Shown in pieces: positions 13,387 through 26,950 of a stretch of DNA of 64,000 nucleotides. The first letter of the stretch is position 1. The number at the start of each line of letters is the position of its first letter. The DNA lies in contig NC_057728.1 of the NCBI RefSeq assembly GCF_004010195.1, positions 49,151,065 through 49,215,064 on the forward strand, given 5' to 3'. A program made the position numbers and the translations under genes. The DNA is from Chiloscyllium plagiosum. Taxonomy: Eukaryota. Below the pieces are notes generated by a model. It saw only the letters and a list, made by a program, of their open reading frames with translations, made no database searches and was not told the DNA's origin.

Positions 13387-14125
13387 TTGTCTTTCAAGGA
13401 AAGGCTTAATAAATCGGGCTTAGACTCATTGGAGTTTGGAGGAATGAGAAACATATAAGATTCTGAGCATGCTTGACAGGATAGATGTTTAAAGCATGCT
13501 TCCTCTTAAGGGGAATTTAGAAATAGGAAACACTTGAGATGAAGAGACAATTCTTTCCTCAGAAAGTTGTTTATCTTTGGAATTCACTTCCTCAGAGAGC
13601 AGTGGAATTTCAAACTTTGAATATATTCAACGTTAAGAGAGACTGATTTTTGATTGACAAGAGAATCAAGAGATACGGGAAAAAGGAATAAGGTGGAATT
13701 AAGGCTAAGTCAATGCAGCCATGAGTATGGAATCAGGATCTGGGGGGAGTCAAATGGTCAATTCTTGCTCAAATTTTTATGTTCTTATGATCTGGTGGTC
13801 ACAAACATGTGTCATTTCTACTGGAATCCACTGAATAGGAATTAGATTTAACATCTTACGTTGCTCTCTACACCATAGCACAAAGGCACACAACGCATTG
13901 TACTGGCTTCAGCATGTTCCTGAGATTAGTTTACGCAGTGAATCCAGACAAGCAAGCCTTGAACTTTGTGACTTTATTTCCCATGATGAAATATATTTAC
14001 TAGTTGGTCATCAGGGAAATTTTTAATATGTGACCATTAAAAGCACAATCAAGTTTCTCCATTTTCTGCATTCTCCTTTTTGCCAATAAACACTGGTATG
14101 CATTTCAATAAGTACCTTTGACCCA

Positions 14126-14828
14126 TGTTACAACACAAAGATGAACCCCACAATTAATAAAACCAAACTCCCAGAAAAGCTCGCCTTGCTTTGTACACTG
14201 TTAAAATATGAGTGACAGAGAACATATAAATTCCGTTATTTAAAGAGTATAACATCAATTTATTTTTAACTCTAAAAGTCAACATTAAATAACTATTCAC
14301 AATTCTAAGACCCCCCCCCCCCCCCCCCCTTTCTCTTAACTGCTCTTTCTTCTTCTGGCTAAGGGTGTCCCTGAGTTGTCTTTCTTTTTTTACTGCGAGT
14401 ATGTTTTACGTGAAAACGTACCTTTGATAGACAGTGTTTCTTAATTTTTTGGAGAGCAAAATGGTAGATCTCCAGGTGTTTCTGTCTCTATGGCAGTTGC
14501 TCTCTGTCCGATTTTCAAAATGTCTGCGTTTATATACCTCCAACATTGGATCATCTCATTGATAAGATGTTGGCAAAACAATAAATTCAAACTCAATTAG
14601 GTTTTGACATCCTGGGGCATAATTTAAACTGATTGGTTACATTTGATGTGTTGTCAAAACAGCAACCAAAACCCAGGTATCTATTTCACAGCCAAATGTT
14701 TCAGATTTTCAATTTTCCAGTACAATCTGGGACTTCCATCTAGTTATACACACAGGTGTTTGTAATTTCTTAATTCAGAATAGCATTCACTGTCTCTCAA
14801 AGGTACAGTACACACTTTCAACATAACA
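14126..14828 (-). mobile_element. Solo LTR (likely Gypsy-type)
   Basis: TGTTA...TAACA termini; 4-bp TSD CCCA (14122-14125, 14829-14832); absent from the paralogous position near 31955; minus-strand AATAAA near 14260. Confidence 0.75.
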
Positions 14829-17800
14829 CCCAGCACAAAGCAACTTACCTCAAGGAATACTTGTTAATTCATCTTTTATTCACTACTGTGAATTTATTTC
14901 CACAAATACCTTTCTGATCAAGGAATCCACATGAGTTATGATGTTATCTTACATTAATTTCTTTCTTAGTGTGAATAACAATTAGGTTTCTTGAAATATA
15001 TTACTATAAGTTATGAATATAAACTGCTATGTCTTCAGTGTTAAAGTTGATATCCTTTGACGTCTTACAAAAGTTTTAAAATAGTCAGAATCATTACATA
15101 ACATAGTTTCATCATTTTCATAAGTGACCCACTTTTACAAGTCACAATTTAATATCAGATTAATTGAGGAAAAGTCTTCATGTGGCAAGTTTTCTGAGCT
15201 CCCTATTCACAGTGAAAGTGTGTGGAACACTTTTCAATTTGCCTTAAATACCAAGCCACAGAACTCTTCCAGCTGCAATTTATTTTTAGCAAGCAGCCAA
15301 AAGGCTTTGAAGAACATAGTGCCTTTCAGAACCTCAAAAGTCCTCAAGTACTTTATAGTCAATGAAGGACTTTCTGAAATATAGTCATTGTTACAATGTC
15401 AGACATACAAAAGTAGTATAAATGCAATAGAAATAGGTGTGTGTTCTGATCATTTTTTCAACATGTAATTTGTGCACATGAATCAACAATTTGCCACCCT
15501 GTACTGGCACTTGACTCATAGTTAAATTGCAGGGAAAAAATGTTTTGCTCCTTCAGGTCAGTTGTATATCGACAAGAAATTTATATTGACCAAGACATTG
15601 AAGTGTCTTGATTATTGTGCACAGTATTGATTGCTTATGTAAGGAAGTATGTAAATGCATGAGAGGCAGTTCAGAGAAATGGACAAATATGTGGAATGGC
15701 AGGGTTATCTTATGAGGAAAGGTTGATCTGTACTTGATGGAATTTAGAAGGATGAAGGGGATTTCATTGAAACTTACAGGATACAGAGAATCCTGGATAG
15801 ACTGGGTGTGGAGAAGATGTTTCCACTAGTAAGAGAGACTAGGATCCAATAGCACAGAATCAGAGGGAAAAGACATGTTATTACTGAGGTGAGAAGAAAT
15901 TTCTTCAGCTCGCCAATGGTGAATCTGTGGAACTTATTGTCACAGTAGGCTGTGGAGGCCAAGTTATTGAGTACATTTAAGACAGAGATAAAACAGATTA
16001 AAAACTTTCATTGTGGTAACTGGCCCCTTATATTGCTTCTTGGAGAGAAACTAAACATGTTTCTGAACACAACTTTTTTTCTGAAATGAATTTTTAAAAA
16101 TTGCTCAATCCTATGTGACTGAAAACACAGCCAATGGCCTTCAATATTTATCTGATTTGGCATAAATCCAACAGCATAAATGTCTTCCCACGAACACCAC
16201 AGTGATCTGCAGTCACATGCTTTATAACAACTGCTCGACTAAAAACATTGTTCCAAAGGACTCTCTGAACTCTTTTGTTACAAAATAGAAAATCTTCACA
16301 CAGAATCTACACCCAACTGCCTCTATTTTGAAATCCAAAGCCCAAAAATTATGTGAATGTGATATAAATATTTTACCGTTCACGCATGAAATGCTGAGGC
16401 AAATATCCAGGGATAGCGGGAAGAGAAAAGAAAGACTAGACAGCGAAGAACTGTCCCTGACCATTAAAAGGAGGGAATCAGACGACAGATACTGTGAAAC
16501 TGTCCCAAGTGCCTCCACTGTGGGAACCAGGGATATAAAGTAAAACTGGACTACAATAGTTCAAGAAGGTGACTCAGCATCACCTTCTCAAGAGCAATTA
16601 AGGACGAACAATAAATGATGCACACATCCCATGAAATATTATTTTAAAATTCAAAATTAAATGAACAATTATGCCACCATATAAAATCCAGATGTCAATT
16701 CATTAGAACAAAAATGTTAGGAGAGGCATTAAAATTCAAATTTTTGAATTTGAAAGTATGTCCAAAAGTAGTTTTTGAAATAAACTATCCACATTTTTTT
16801 ATTCATTTAGGTGGGCTTTGCTGGGTCAGCTTATGTATGTTGTTAATCTTTAATTATGCAAAGGGTAGTTAAGAGTCAACTATGCGTCGTAAGTCAGATC
16901 AAGTAAGGGGAGCAGATTGCCTTCTCTCAGGGGCACTGATGAACTAGATGGATTTTTTAAACAATAATCAGCAGTTGCCATTAAGCTAGCTTTTAATAAA
17001 TTTGTTTTAGCAAAGTATATTGATTTCAAATGCCATCATCTGCCATAGGGCATTTGAACCCATATTCCGAAAACATCAGCTGGTGTGGGGGGAGGTGGGG
17101 TTTGGGGGGGGGGGGGAGCGGTGTCAGACTGCTAGTCTGGTCATTTTACCATAACACCGAGACCAGTCCCATATGAAAAGGGAATTAATACAAACTTCTG
17201 ATTTGTGTGAAAACCATTATACAGTGCAACCTGGTGGTTGAAGTGCCCAATTACTGGGTTGAGAGTTTCTTTTGCAAATGTGGAAGTAGGAATCAGTCAA
17301 GACTGACAATTAAAAGTAATGTTGAAGATCTTCTGAAAGATAGAATCATTGCAGCAGGATACTTTAGGAGTTGTGCTTCAGTACTATGTGAAGGTCTCCA
17401 CACATCCAAATCAGAAAGTGCAAACTGGGAATTGGATCCCTCACAGGGTTCTGAGTGACATAACTATTGTTACCCAGGAAAATTAGATGAATTAAATTCT
17501 GCCCTAATGCATGGGTAACTATTAAACTGACCCCACAAACTCAGCACCAACACTGCCTATAGTCCCCTACAGACTCCTGAGCCCGGTCAGGAGCCCCAGC
17601 AGTCTCATCCCGGACCCAACACCCATTGTGAACCAAAACCTAACCCCTCACACCCACTAAATCATCCTGGAGCTGATTCCGCCACAAACACTCATGCCTT
17701 GCCCTGCTGTACACCTCACCTGGAATCCAACAAACACCAACAGACACTGGAAAACTTCCTACTCTCAGTCATGGACCCCCAATATCCATTTTCCCACCTG

Positions 17801-18577
17801 ACAGTCTACACCTTTACCCATCAGCCGCCATGTACCCATCCTGAACCCAGCTGCTAATCACTTACCTTACACAGCAACTGCAAGTGACTGAACCAGTGGG
17901 GAAAGGAGCTGAAACAGCTACCTATCAAAGGGTTTTTAAAGTGAAAGGATATCAGCCACAGGCCTAGGCAATGTGCAGCACCCAGGCACACAAGCTGCCT
18001 ACTCCCTGGTCATAGAACTGTATTAACCTCATCTGTTTGATGCGCCTCCATGGCAAGGCCACTAGTGCACAACTCATTGACAGCTATATCTTTGCGCCCA
18101 GAGTAAGGTGAAAAGTTGAGAAGTTAAATGAGGAGGAATAAAGATATCAAGTAGACCCAATGCCATTCATCTCATTCCTTTCAAATGGCACAATAGACTC
18201 TCTGTACAGACCTCCATCCATTGAGCCTTTGTTGTGAGAATGAAGTGCTGCCAGGTGTTGTGAAAATACATTTAGTGCTTCCACAGAGAGACTAACATTC
18301 ACATTTTAGTTAAAGTCAGCAACATTTATACATAAACTGAGAATAACATACAAGCCATTTCCATAAGTGACACCAAAGTGTCTTCTATACATTTTCTTCT
18401 TCCTGTCTCTCTCACTATGTCTTAGCGCACTCTGCAGAACAGCAACTGGTATGGGGGGAGACAACTTAGTTGTGGAATCCATTGGACCTGGAGATTTATT
18501 AGGGCAACTCCAAGGGCTTTTGGAGATTAAATAGGCCAGACATGCCAAGGGTTTTCTTGACATGAGCAGGTTGACTC

Positions 18578-19468
18578 CCCTCCCACGTGGTCAACAATGC
18601 CTTCCAGTGCATCACCTCCACTTCCCGCAACTCCACCCTAGGACTCCACCCCTCCAACTGCAACAAGGATAGAAACCCCCTGCTCCTCACCTTCCATCCC
18701 ACCAATCTCTGGATACAATGCATTATCCTCCATCATTTCCACCACCTGCAGTCAGACCCCACCACCAGAGATATAGTTCCCTCCCTACCCCTATCAACAT
18801 TCTGCAGAGACCATGCTACACCTCCCCCCTCACCTCCATCCAAGGTCCCAAAGGATTCTTCCACATCCAGCAGAGATTTTCCTGCACACCAAACACCTTA
18901 TTGCCCGTGTCCATCACTCTTAATGTGGCCTCCTCTACATTGGGGAGACAAGACACTAACTTGCGGAACATGACTGAGAACATCTCTGGGACACAAGCAC
19001 CAAACAACCCAATGGTCCTGTTGCCGACCATTTCAAATCCCAAGGACATGCAAGCCCTGGGCCTCCTCTATCGGCAAATCTAGCCACCCAATGCCTGGAG
19101 GAGGAATGCCTCATCTTCCACCTTAGGACCCTCCAACTACACGGCATCAACATCACTTTCACCAGTTTCATCATCTCCCCTCCCTCCACCTCATCCCAGA
19201 TCCAACCCTCCAACCCAGCACTGCCCTCTTGAAGTGTCCTACCTGTCCATCTTCTTTCCCACCTATCTGCTCCACCCTCCGCTTATCACCCCTACCTGCA
19301 TCTACTTATCACCTTCCAAGCTACCTTCCCTCCAACCCCTCCTCCATTTATCTCTCAGCCCTCTTCTGCCCATCCCACGTTCCTGATGAAGGGTGTATGC
19401 CTGAAATGTTGACACTCCTGCTCCTTGGATGCTGCCTGACCCGCTGTGCTTTTCCAGCACCATACTCT
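18578..19468 (+). mobile_element. Penelope-like element 3' fragment (GIY-YIG remnant plus pLTR with decayed hammerhead)
   Basis: tgtggcctcctctacattggggagacaaga reads CGLLYIGETR; CTGATGA...GAAA at 19383-19406; imperfect TSD gagcaggttgactc / gtgcaagttgactc; absent from the right arm near 25370. Confidence 0.82.
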
Positions 19469-21499
19469 TTGACCGTGCAAGTTGACTCTACTCAGCTTAA
19501 ACTTTCCCAAATAGAGGAAGCAGGCAGGATGGAGGCCTGGTCATTTCTGCTGTATCCTGAGTTGAAAGTGCAGAGGACCCAGTGTGTTTTTCCTACTCTG
19601 GCTGAATGCCCCCAGCACTGCACTGTTGCCTTGTGAGGAGGGGAGACCTGGACTGGGGTCAAGGTTCCCTGAACCCCCGTCACCATACCTTTGGTCCTGG
19701 GGACCAAAGACTGGGGCAATGGAGTACAGATGTATGCATATCTCCAGCAGACCCTGAGGGGTTGAACCTGTGTTTCTATGGCAGCTGCCAATCTGTCCAT
19801 GAGACCGGTCAGATAGTCACATGATTTGATGCATGGGTACGTTTTTTGGGACTGAGAGCCATTGCAACCCCCATACCTATTTGCTGCTTCTGCTCTTCCC
19901 TTTGCATGTGGATGAAGTCTCCAATTGATGACACCACATGGTCTTCTCCTGCCTGGGGCTGAACTAGTGCCTGATTGAGTTTAGGGTGTTTTGTGAATAC
20001 CAGTCTTGGGATATTTTGTATGGAGATTAATCAATTGATTTCCCATACCCTGCACTATGAGATTGCTTCTATCTTATGGTCTTTTCTTGTTCTGATACCA
20101 GCAGCCGAGGTTGCAATGTACGGAGAGCAAATCTTTACAAACAACTTTCAGATGCACATTGGGCGTAAAGTTTTGGTCTGGGCCATGGTGCAATTGGGGA
20201 GGATATCTAGTCAGGGACATCATGAGACAGAACAAATTTACATCCATACACCTCCAGCAATAGACAAACTACTTTCCAGTGAGATAATATTGTGAATGGA
20301 TCTTCTCTATCTTGTTTAATGGCTTCCTGAACACAGGGATCATGAATGGCAGACCCTGTTTACATTAGGAACACCACACTTTATGCCTTTAACTTGGTTA
20401 TCAGTGGAAAACACAGCAAAGAAATAAGGTCTAATATCTGCTGAGGCCCAAAGAAAGAACCCCATTTCCAGCCTGGTGAAAAATAATTACAACATAAAGG
20501 GTTAAATATCTTACTGCATCAGAGTTAATTTTGGATCTCCAGATCCACAGTCCTTTGCTTTTATTTGAAAGTTTAATTCTTGTTGCAGTCAAAGATACCT
20601 TGCAGTTATGTTTTCATTCATCGAAGTTTCCTTTATTTTCTCCATAGACGAGTGACTTTAAGTTATTTTTGCTCCCTACTGGCAGAACTGGGTAGATGAC
20701 ATTCAATCTATGTGCAATGTTGTATGCAACTAAATTATATTGGTCAGGGATTGGTCAGGGTTGTTGGTTATGGCTGTAGTCCAATGTCACTGCCACAGAC
20801 TTCAGGCCCAGGAATGGTAGCCTAAATACTGTTCATTTCCTATCATTTGGGAATCTGCATTGCTCAGAATGCTTCTTCCAATATTGAACTCATTTTGATT
20901 CTTTGTTTCAGATGTTTCAACTCATTATTTCCCTCAAAGAAGTTCCAATCATGGTGTTTTTTAACTTCTAGAAAAGAATTATCAAGACTTCCTTGGTTTT
21001 GGGTATGTAATCATTTAAATTTAATAAGGAATTATCAGTCATATTTAGCCAGAAATTACTAACAATCATGTGGGGAAAGAAACAGAGTTAAAGTTTCAAG
21101 TCTTAATTTTCCAATTCATACTTGATAGACTTCTGGACTGATGGAATAAACAAATATAAGGCTATGAACTCTATCCTCTTTGGTATTTTCTCCCACATTG
21201 AATGTATCTTATTCTCCTTTTTCCTTTCAGTCAGAGTTGACCTTTATTCTGCAGTTAAAATTTACTCTGGACCAATACTTGATTTATTCAGTACAATCAT
21301 TACCACTCTCTTGGCCTTTTGTTCCACAACACTTTTGATGTCTAATCTCTCTTGCCTTCTACACATTCCCTGTGAGCCCACATTTTCTAACAGCATAAAA
21401 CCTATCACATTTCCACCTCACTTAAGGTCTGAATACAAATCATGTTAGACGTGAAATGTTAGCTCTGATTCTTTCTGCCCAAATGCTGCCAGGCCGAGA

Positions 21500-22000
21500 C
21501 CATAGTACATAAGAAGCAGAAGTAGGCCATTTGGCCCATCGGGTCTTCTTCACCGTTAAAGGAAATCATTGCTGATTTGATAATCTTCAACTCCATTTTT
21601 CTATTTTTCCCAATAACCCCTGATTCCCTTATTGATTAAAAATCTGTCTATCTCTGCCCTGAATATATTCAATGGGTCAGCCTCTGCAGCTCTGTCTGGT
21701 AACAAATTCCACAGGTCCACTAATCTCTGAGAAAAGAAATTCCTCACCATCTCTGTCTTAAATGGGCCACACCTTACTCTGAGCTTATACCCTCAGGTAT
21801 TAGACTCTCCCACAAGGGGATTCTAACTCTCAGCATCTACCCTGTTGAAGCCCTTAAGTATCTTGTATGTTTTAATAAGATGACTCTCATTCTTCTATAC
21901 TGCAATGAGTACAGGCCTAACCTATTCGACACCTCCTCATCAAACAGACGCTCCATGCCCCAAATCAACCTAATGAACCTTCTCTGGACTGCTTTGATTC
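21500..22000 (-). mobile_element. Old CR1-clade 3' fragment (another piece at about 22740-23250)
   Basis: Reverse-strand CR1 3' UTR and ORF end; ORF 22739-22930 reads EYKNREVWLRLYKAL. Confidence 0.7.
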
Positions 22001-23559
22001 CCCATAAATTGTTAGAGTAAATTTGGATTTTTAGACTGTAATTATAAGGTTTAAATGGATATGGTACAAGTGAAAGCAGACTGCTTGTCCCTATATTGAA
22101 TCAACCTTATGAATTCTCGAAGATAGTGTCAGCTGGAATCTTGTGTGAATTTGCATAAATAGGAGGTAATTGAAACAACTCCATGAAGTCTGGTATCCCG
22201 TCACCAAGTCACCCTTTATTTACATGTGCATAGTACATAACACTGACCCAGCTAGCACTGAACTGGCTCTGAGAGTGAACAGAACGCCTGCCACTCTTGT
22301 TTATATCTGTCAGCCAGGACTTCCTGATTTTGATTGGGTTACAGTCCCAATCAGAGAACTCATATTCTATGGTGTGTGTGTGTGTGTGTGCTGGGAAGAA
22401 CAGAGAGAGAGAGACAAGAGTAGGGGTGATATTGACAAAGAAGAGGAGACAGCAACATCCAGGATAAGATTGATTACTCCCTGGCTGAGTGAAGGAAACC
22501 TTAAAAACATTGACCTGTAATGTAGAAAAGGCACATCTGCATCTTTAGTTTGTCTGAAGGAAGATCAGAATTTTAAAGATACCCAAATTTTCTGTATGGC
22601 TCAGAAATTTCAGTTTGACTGAGGTCGATCACTCCCTGCATCACTTGAATAAAACATTTGTAAAAACCTATACTCAGTTGGATTGATTCAGTAATGAAGA
22701 TAATACTATCTTTCCTTAGGTAAGAGAAATGAAACTTTTCACAGGTATAGTTTGGTTAATGCCTTATATAGTCTTAACCAGACTTCCCTATTTTTATACT
22801 CATTCCCTTTGAAATAAAGGTCAACATTCCATTTGCTTTCTCTATTGCCTGCTGAAATTGCATGGTGGCTTGATGTGAAATATGCGCGAGGACTTCCAGA
22901 TCTCTGCAGCTTTCTACAGTCTTTTTCCATTTAATCAACACTCAACTCCTTTATTCTTCCTGCCAAAATGCATGACTTCATATTTTCTCTATTTTGTCCT
23001 CCTCAATCCCAACTCCCTGCCTTCTACTAGTTTGCCAATTCTCTATTCATGTTAATATACTACCCCCAACACCATGGGCTCTTGTCTCATTAGGCTGTTC
23101 TCTTAACCTTATGAGCAGTATCTTCTTGAACGTCTTTTGGAAATCCAAAGTATAGTACATATATCAGTTTTCCTTTATCCATACTGTGTGTTACCTCCTC
23201 AAAGAATTCTCACAGATTTCCCATTTATGATACCATGTTGACTCTTTCCAAATAGATTATGAGCTGAAGCTTACATTTATTTTGCTGCATTGTGTTCAGC
23301 TTTTGAAGGGTTTTTCGCCATGATGGCTGAAGAGTTTTCTTGGCAAACATGACTAAACCCACCTCATTAATTACCTACAATACTCTTTCTGACATCTCTC
23401 ATATTCAACTTCTTCCCCATCCGACCATGTACTGTTCCTGTAATAACTCAGTATATATCACTGCAAGACCAGCATCCCTTGCATCCATGCCATCTTTCAG
23501 AGGTCAGTAGGTGAGCACTGACATTCCAAAACTGCCATGCTGGTTTACAGAGTAGAGAT

Positions 23560-25500
23560 ATGGCAGAGAAGGGGAAGGTGGCGCTGTGATTCTCTTTCAG
23601 GGATTTGGAGGTCCAGAGGAAATGTATCTTATTCCCAGACCCAAGGTTGCTACCTGTGTCAGTGCTATCTCAGGGTGTGGAGAGATGCTCATCAATGCCA
23701 CAAAAGCATCAGTGAGTTTCCCCTGCTTAGCAAGGGTAAGTGCTGCTATTACTTTGCATTCACTCTATCTCTATGAATACACCCATCTCCCACCAAGGCA
23801 CATACTCTGACATTCTCATTTTTGATTAGAAGTTTGATTAGATTCCCAACAGTGTGGAAACAGGCCCTTCAGCCCAATAAGTCGACACCGAACCTCCAAA
23901 GAGTAACCCACCGAGACCCATTTCCCTCTGACTAATGCACTTAACATTATGGGCAATTCAGAATGGCCAATTCACCTCACCTGCACATCTTTGTGACTGT
24001 GGGAGGAAACCGGAACACCGCTACGCAGACACAGGGAAAACGTGCAAGCTCCACACAGACAGTCACCTGAGGCTGGAATTGAACCTGGGACCCTGGTGCT
24101 GTGAGGCAGTAGTGCTAACCACTGAGCCACCATGCCGCCCCATATAGCAATGACATTTTCTCACTCTCAACCCCTCCAACCTCTCACACCACTAAACATG
24201 CATGCCCTCTACATTGCCTCCTTAGTCCTTTGGAATATCTCACTAGCTTATCCCTATATTCATCAGCACAAATGACTGTGCCACCCACTGTTATCTCACT
24301 CATTTCCCCTTTCTGTCATTACAAGAGAAGACAACTCACAGTAGGGTAAAGTGAGTCCATGTGGGTGACAGAAATCCTGAAATCCAGTCCTCACCCTTTA
24401 CAAGGAGAGTATCCTGGTCCTCGTAGGAGAACACCAAGAGCACTCCATGGGCATACCAAGACTTTCATATCCTGCCTAACAACAAAGCACCCTCTTCATT
24501 CCACTCCAGCTCTCCTATTAACTGGGCTCTCAGTCTCAATCATTGGTCATGACTTCTAACCACTGGTTGTGAAGCTTTCTCTCTCTCTCTCCCTCCCTCT
24601 GTCTCTCCCTTGTGTCTTTCAGTTTCTATTAGCCACCCGATTATCTCTGTGGAGAAACACCTGGCTCTTTGAGCAGTGTTTGGACCTCTGAGGGTGAAAA
24701 CAGTGAGGCCTTAGAGGAAGCATCAACAAGCATTTATAGCCTCCTGCTGACAAATACTGACATCTTTGGGGTTAGAGATGGGGAGAGCCTTAAGCACAGA
24801 GAGTCTGGTGAGCACATCACTGTGACAGCTCTGCAGTTGGCCGAGGTGAAATAACCCAGCCTGCTGGAACTCTGAAGGCTGGCAGAGACCAGGCACAAGT
24901 TCAGCCCCAGGCAGGAGATGACCATGTGGTGTCAGCAACTGGGGACTTTATCCACATGCAGAGGGAAGAGCAGAAGCAGTACACAGGCATGAGGAATGCA
25001 ATGGAACTCATCTCCAAACTACATCAGTGTATGAGCTATGTGACTATCTGATGGCTTCTATGGACAGGTTGGCAGCTGTCATGGAGACAGAGGTCCAGCC
25101 CTCTCAGGATCTGCTGAAGATGTACGCATGCCTGTACCCCATTGCACAGCCATTGGTCCTCAGGACCGATGACATGGTGACAGGGAACCTTGACTCCAAT
25201 CCAAGTGCCCCCTCCTCACAAGGCAATAGTGCACTGCTGGGGGCACTCAGCCAGAGTAGGAAACACACACTGGGCCCTTTGTACTCTCCACTCAGGATAC
25301 AGCAGAAATGACCAGGCCTGTACCCTATCTGTTCCCTCCCACCTGCGAAAGTTTAAGACAAAAAGAGTCACCTTGCTCTTGGCAAGAAGACCCTTGGCAT
25401 GTTTGGCCCACCTCAAGAACTCTTGGGGTTTCCCCAGCGAACCTCCAGGGCCAATGCACTCCACAACTAAAGAGTACCATAGCAGCTGCTGTACTAGGTA
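23560..25500 (+). pseudogene. Decayed Myb/SANT-like gene of a PIF/Harbinger-type transposon
   Basis: Frameshifted remnants MAEKGKVAL*FSFRDLEV, KVATCVSAIS, RDAHQCHKSISEF, donor AGG|gtaagt at 23736; second exon EKTTHSRVK*VHVGDRNPEI / VLTLYKE at 24325; downstream MASMDRLAAVME. Resembles Myb_DNA-bind_5 Harbinger partner proteins. Confidence 0.55.
23825..24140 (-). mobile_element. HE1-type SINE
   Basis: Full reverse copy ending gcagtagtgctaaccactgagccaccatgccgccc. Confidence 0.9.
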
Positions 25501-26107
25501 GTTCACTAAGACATAGTGGGAGGGAGAGGAAAAAGAAAGCATATTAAAGGCACTTTGGTGTCAGTCAACGATATGGCTTGTATGTCACTCTCAGTTTATG
25601 TATAAATGTTGCTGATTTTAATGTATATGTGTATGTCAATCTCTCTGTGGAGGCACAAATATATTTTCACACCATCTATGCTCACCACTTCATACTCAAT
25701 GAATGGAGTTCTGTGCGGAGAGTCTATTGTGCCATTTGGAAGGAGTGGGATGCATCATAAAAATGGCATTAGGTCTAATTGATATCTTTATCCTTCCCTC
25801 ATTCTGTTCAACTGATTGTCCACCCTCCTCTGGGTACAAAGGTCCTGCTGTTATTGAGTTGTGCACTGGAGACGATGCCAGGGAGGTGCAACAAACAAAC
25901 AAACAAGGTTAATGCAGTTGTATGACAAGGGAGTAAGCAGCCTGTGTGCCTGTATGTTGTACATTATATAGGCCTGTGGCCAATATCCTTTCGCTTTAAA
26001 ATCACCTTGATAGGTAACTATTTCAGCCCCTCCCTTGCTGGTTCAGTCACTCACAGTTGCTGTTTAAGGTGAGTTTGGAAGGGGACATGGTGGCAGATGA
26101 GTGAAAG

Positions 26108-26950
26108 CTTGATTTGAATTGATTTGATTTAATGTAAGTCACAAGTACCTAAGTACAGTAAAAAGCTTTGTTTTGCGAGCAGTACAGGCAGATCACAGGG
26201 TGCTTTGATGGAGCGGGGCAAACAAGGGTTACGGCTGGACAGGAGGTGCACAAAGCAAGACCAACATTTGCAAGATCAACATTATTTGAAGTTAGAGAGT
26301 CCATTCAGCATACTAATAATGGCAGGGAAGAAGCTCTTCTTGAACTTGGTACATGTGTTCAAGCTTTTGTATCTTCTGCCTGATAGAAGAGGTTGAAAGA
26401 GAGCATTATCGGGGTGGGAGGGGTCTTTGATGATGTTGGTCGCCTTTCTGCAGCAGCAAGAAGTGTTAATGAAATCAATGGATGGGAGGTTGGCTTCCAT
26501 GATGGTCTGGGTTGTGCATACAACTTTCTTATGGTCCTGGGCAAAGCCATTTTGCCCCTGGATAGAATACTTTCTATGGTGCATCTGTAAAGGTTGGGGT
26601 GAGGGTCCATCTGGACAGGCCAAATTTCCTAAGCTGCCTGAGGAAGAAAAAGCGTTGTTGTGCCTTCTTGACCATCACATCTACATGGGAGATCCAGGAC
26701 AGATTTTTGGTGATCATCAGTCCTAGAAACCTGATGCTCCCGATCATCTCCACCTCAACTCCATTGATGTGGACAGGGGTGTGTCCTCCTCCTTTCTTCC
26801 TGAAGTGAATAATCAGTTCTTTTGTTTTGCTGACATTGAGAGGGAGGTTGTTATTATTGCACCATGATATCAAGCCCTCAATCTCCTTCCTGTATTCTGA
26901 CTCATCATTGTTTGATTTCTGTCCTATCTCGGTGGTGTTGTCAGCTTTTG
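26108..26950 (-). mobile_element. Rex1/Babar-like LINE 3' fragment
   Basis: DESEYRKEIEGLISWCNNNNLPLNVSKTKELII, FLG...LSW...VKKAQQRFFFLRQLRKFG, LLSGRRYKSL; (atcaa)n-like tail; absent from the left arm near 17810. Confidence 0.85.

Larger units (their letters stand above)
14095..19973 (+). repeat. Left arm of a large inverted duplication
   Basis: Collinear reverse-complement similarity to 24890-31990, e.g. 15230-15280 ttttcaatttgccttaaataccaagccacagaactcttccagctgcaatt vs 30952-31001. Confidence 0.93.

Noticed and set aside
14843..14920. Exon-like segment on the minus strand (cag...GAG|gtaagt), mirrored at 31874-31945
   Set aside because: Stops in all three frames and no other support; at most a non-coding exon.
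22171..22372. Possible second solo LTR on the minus strand
   Set aside because: LTR-like composition, but no clear second terminus or TSD.
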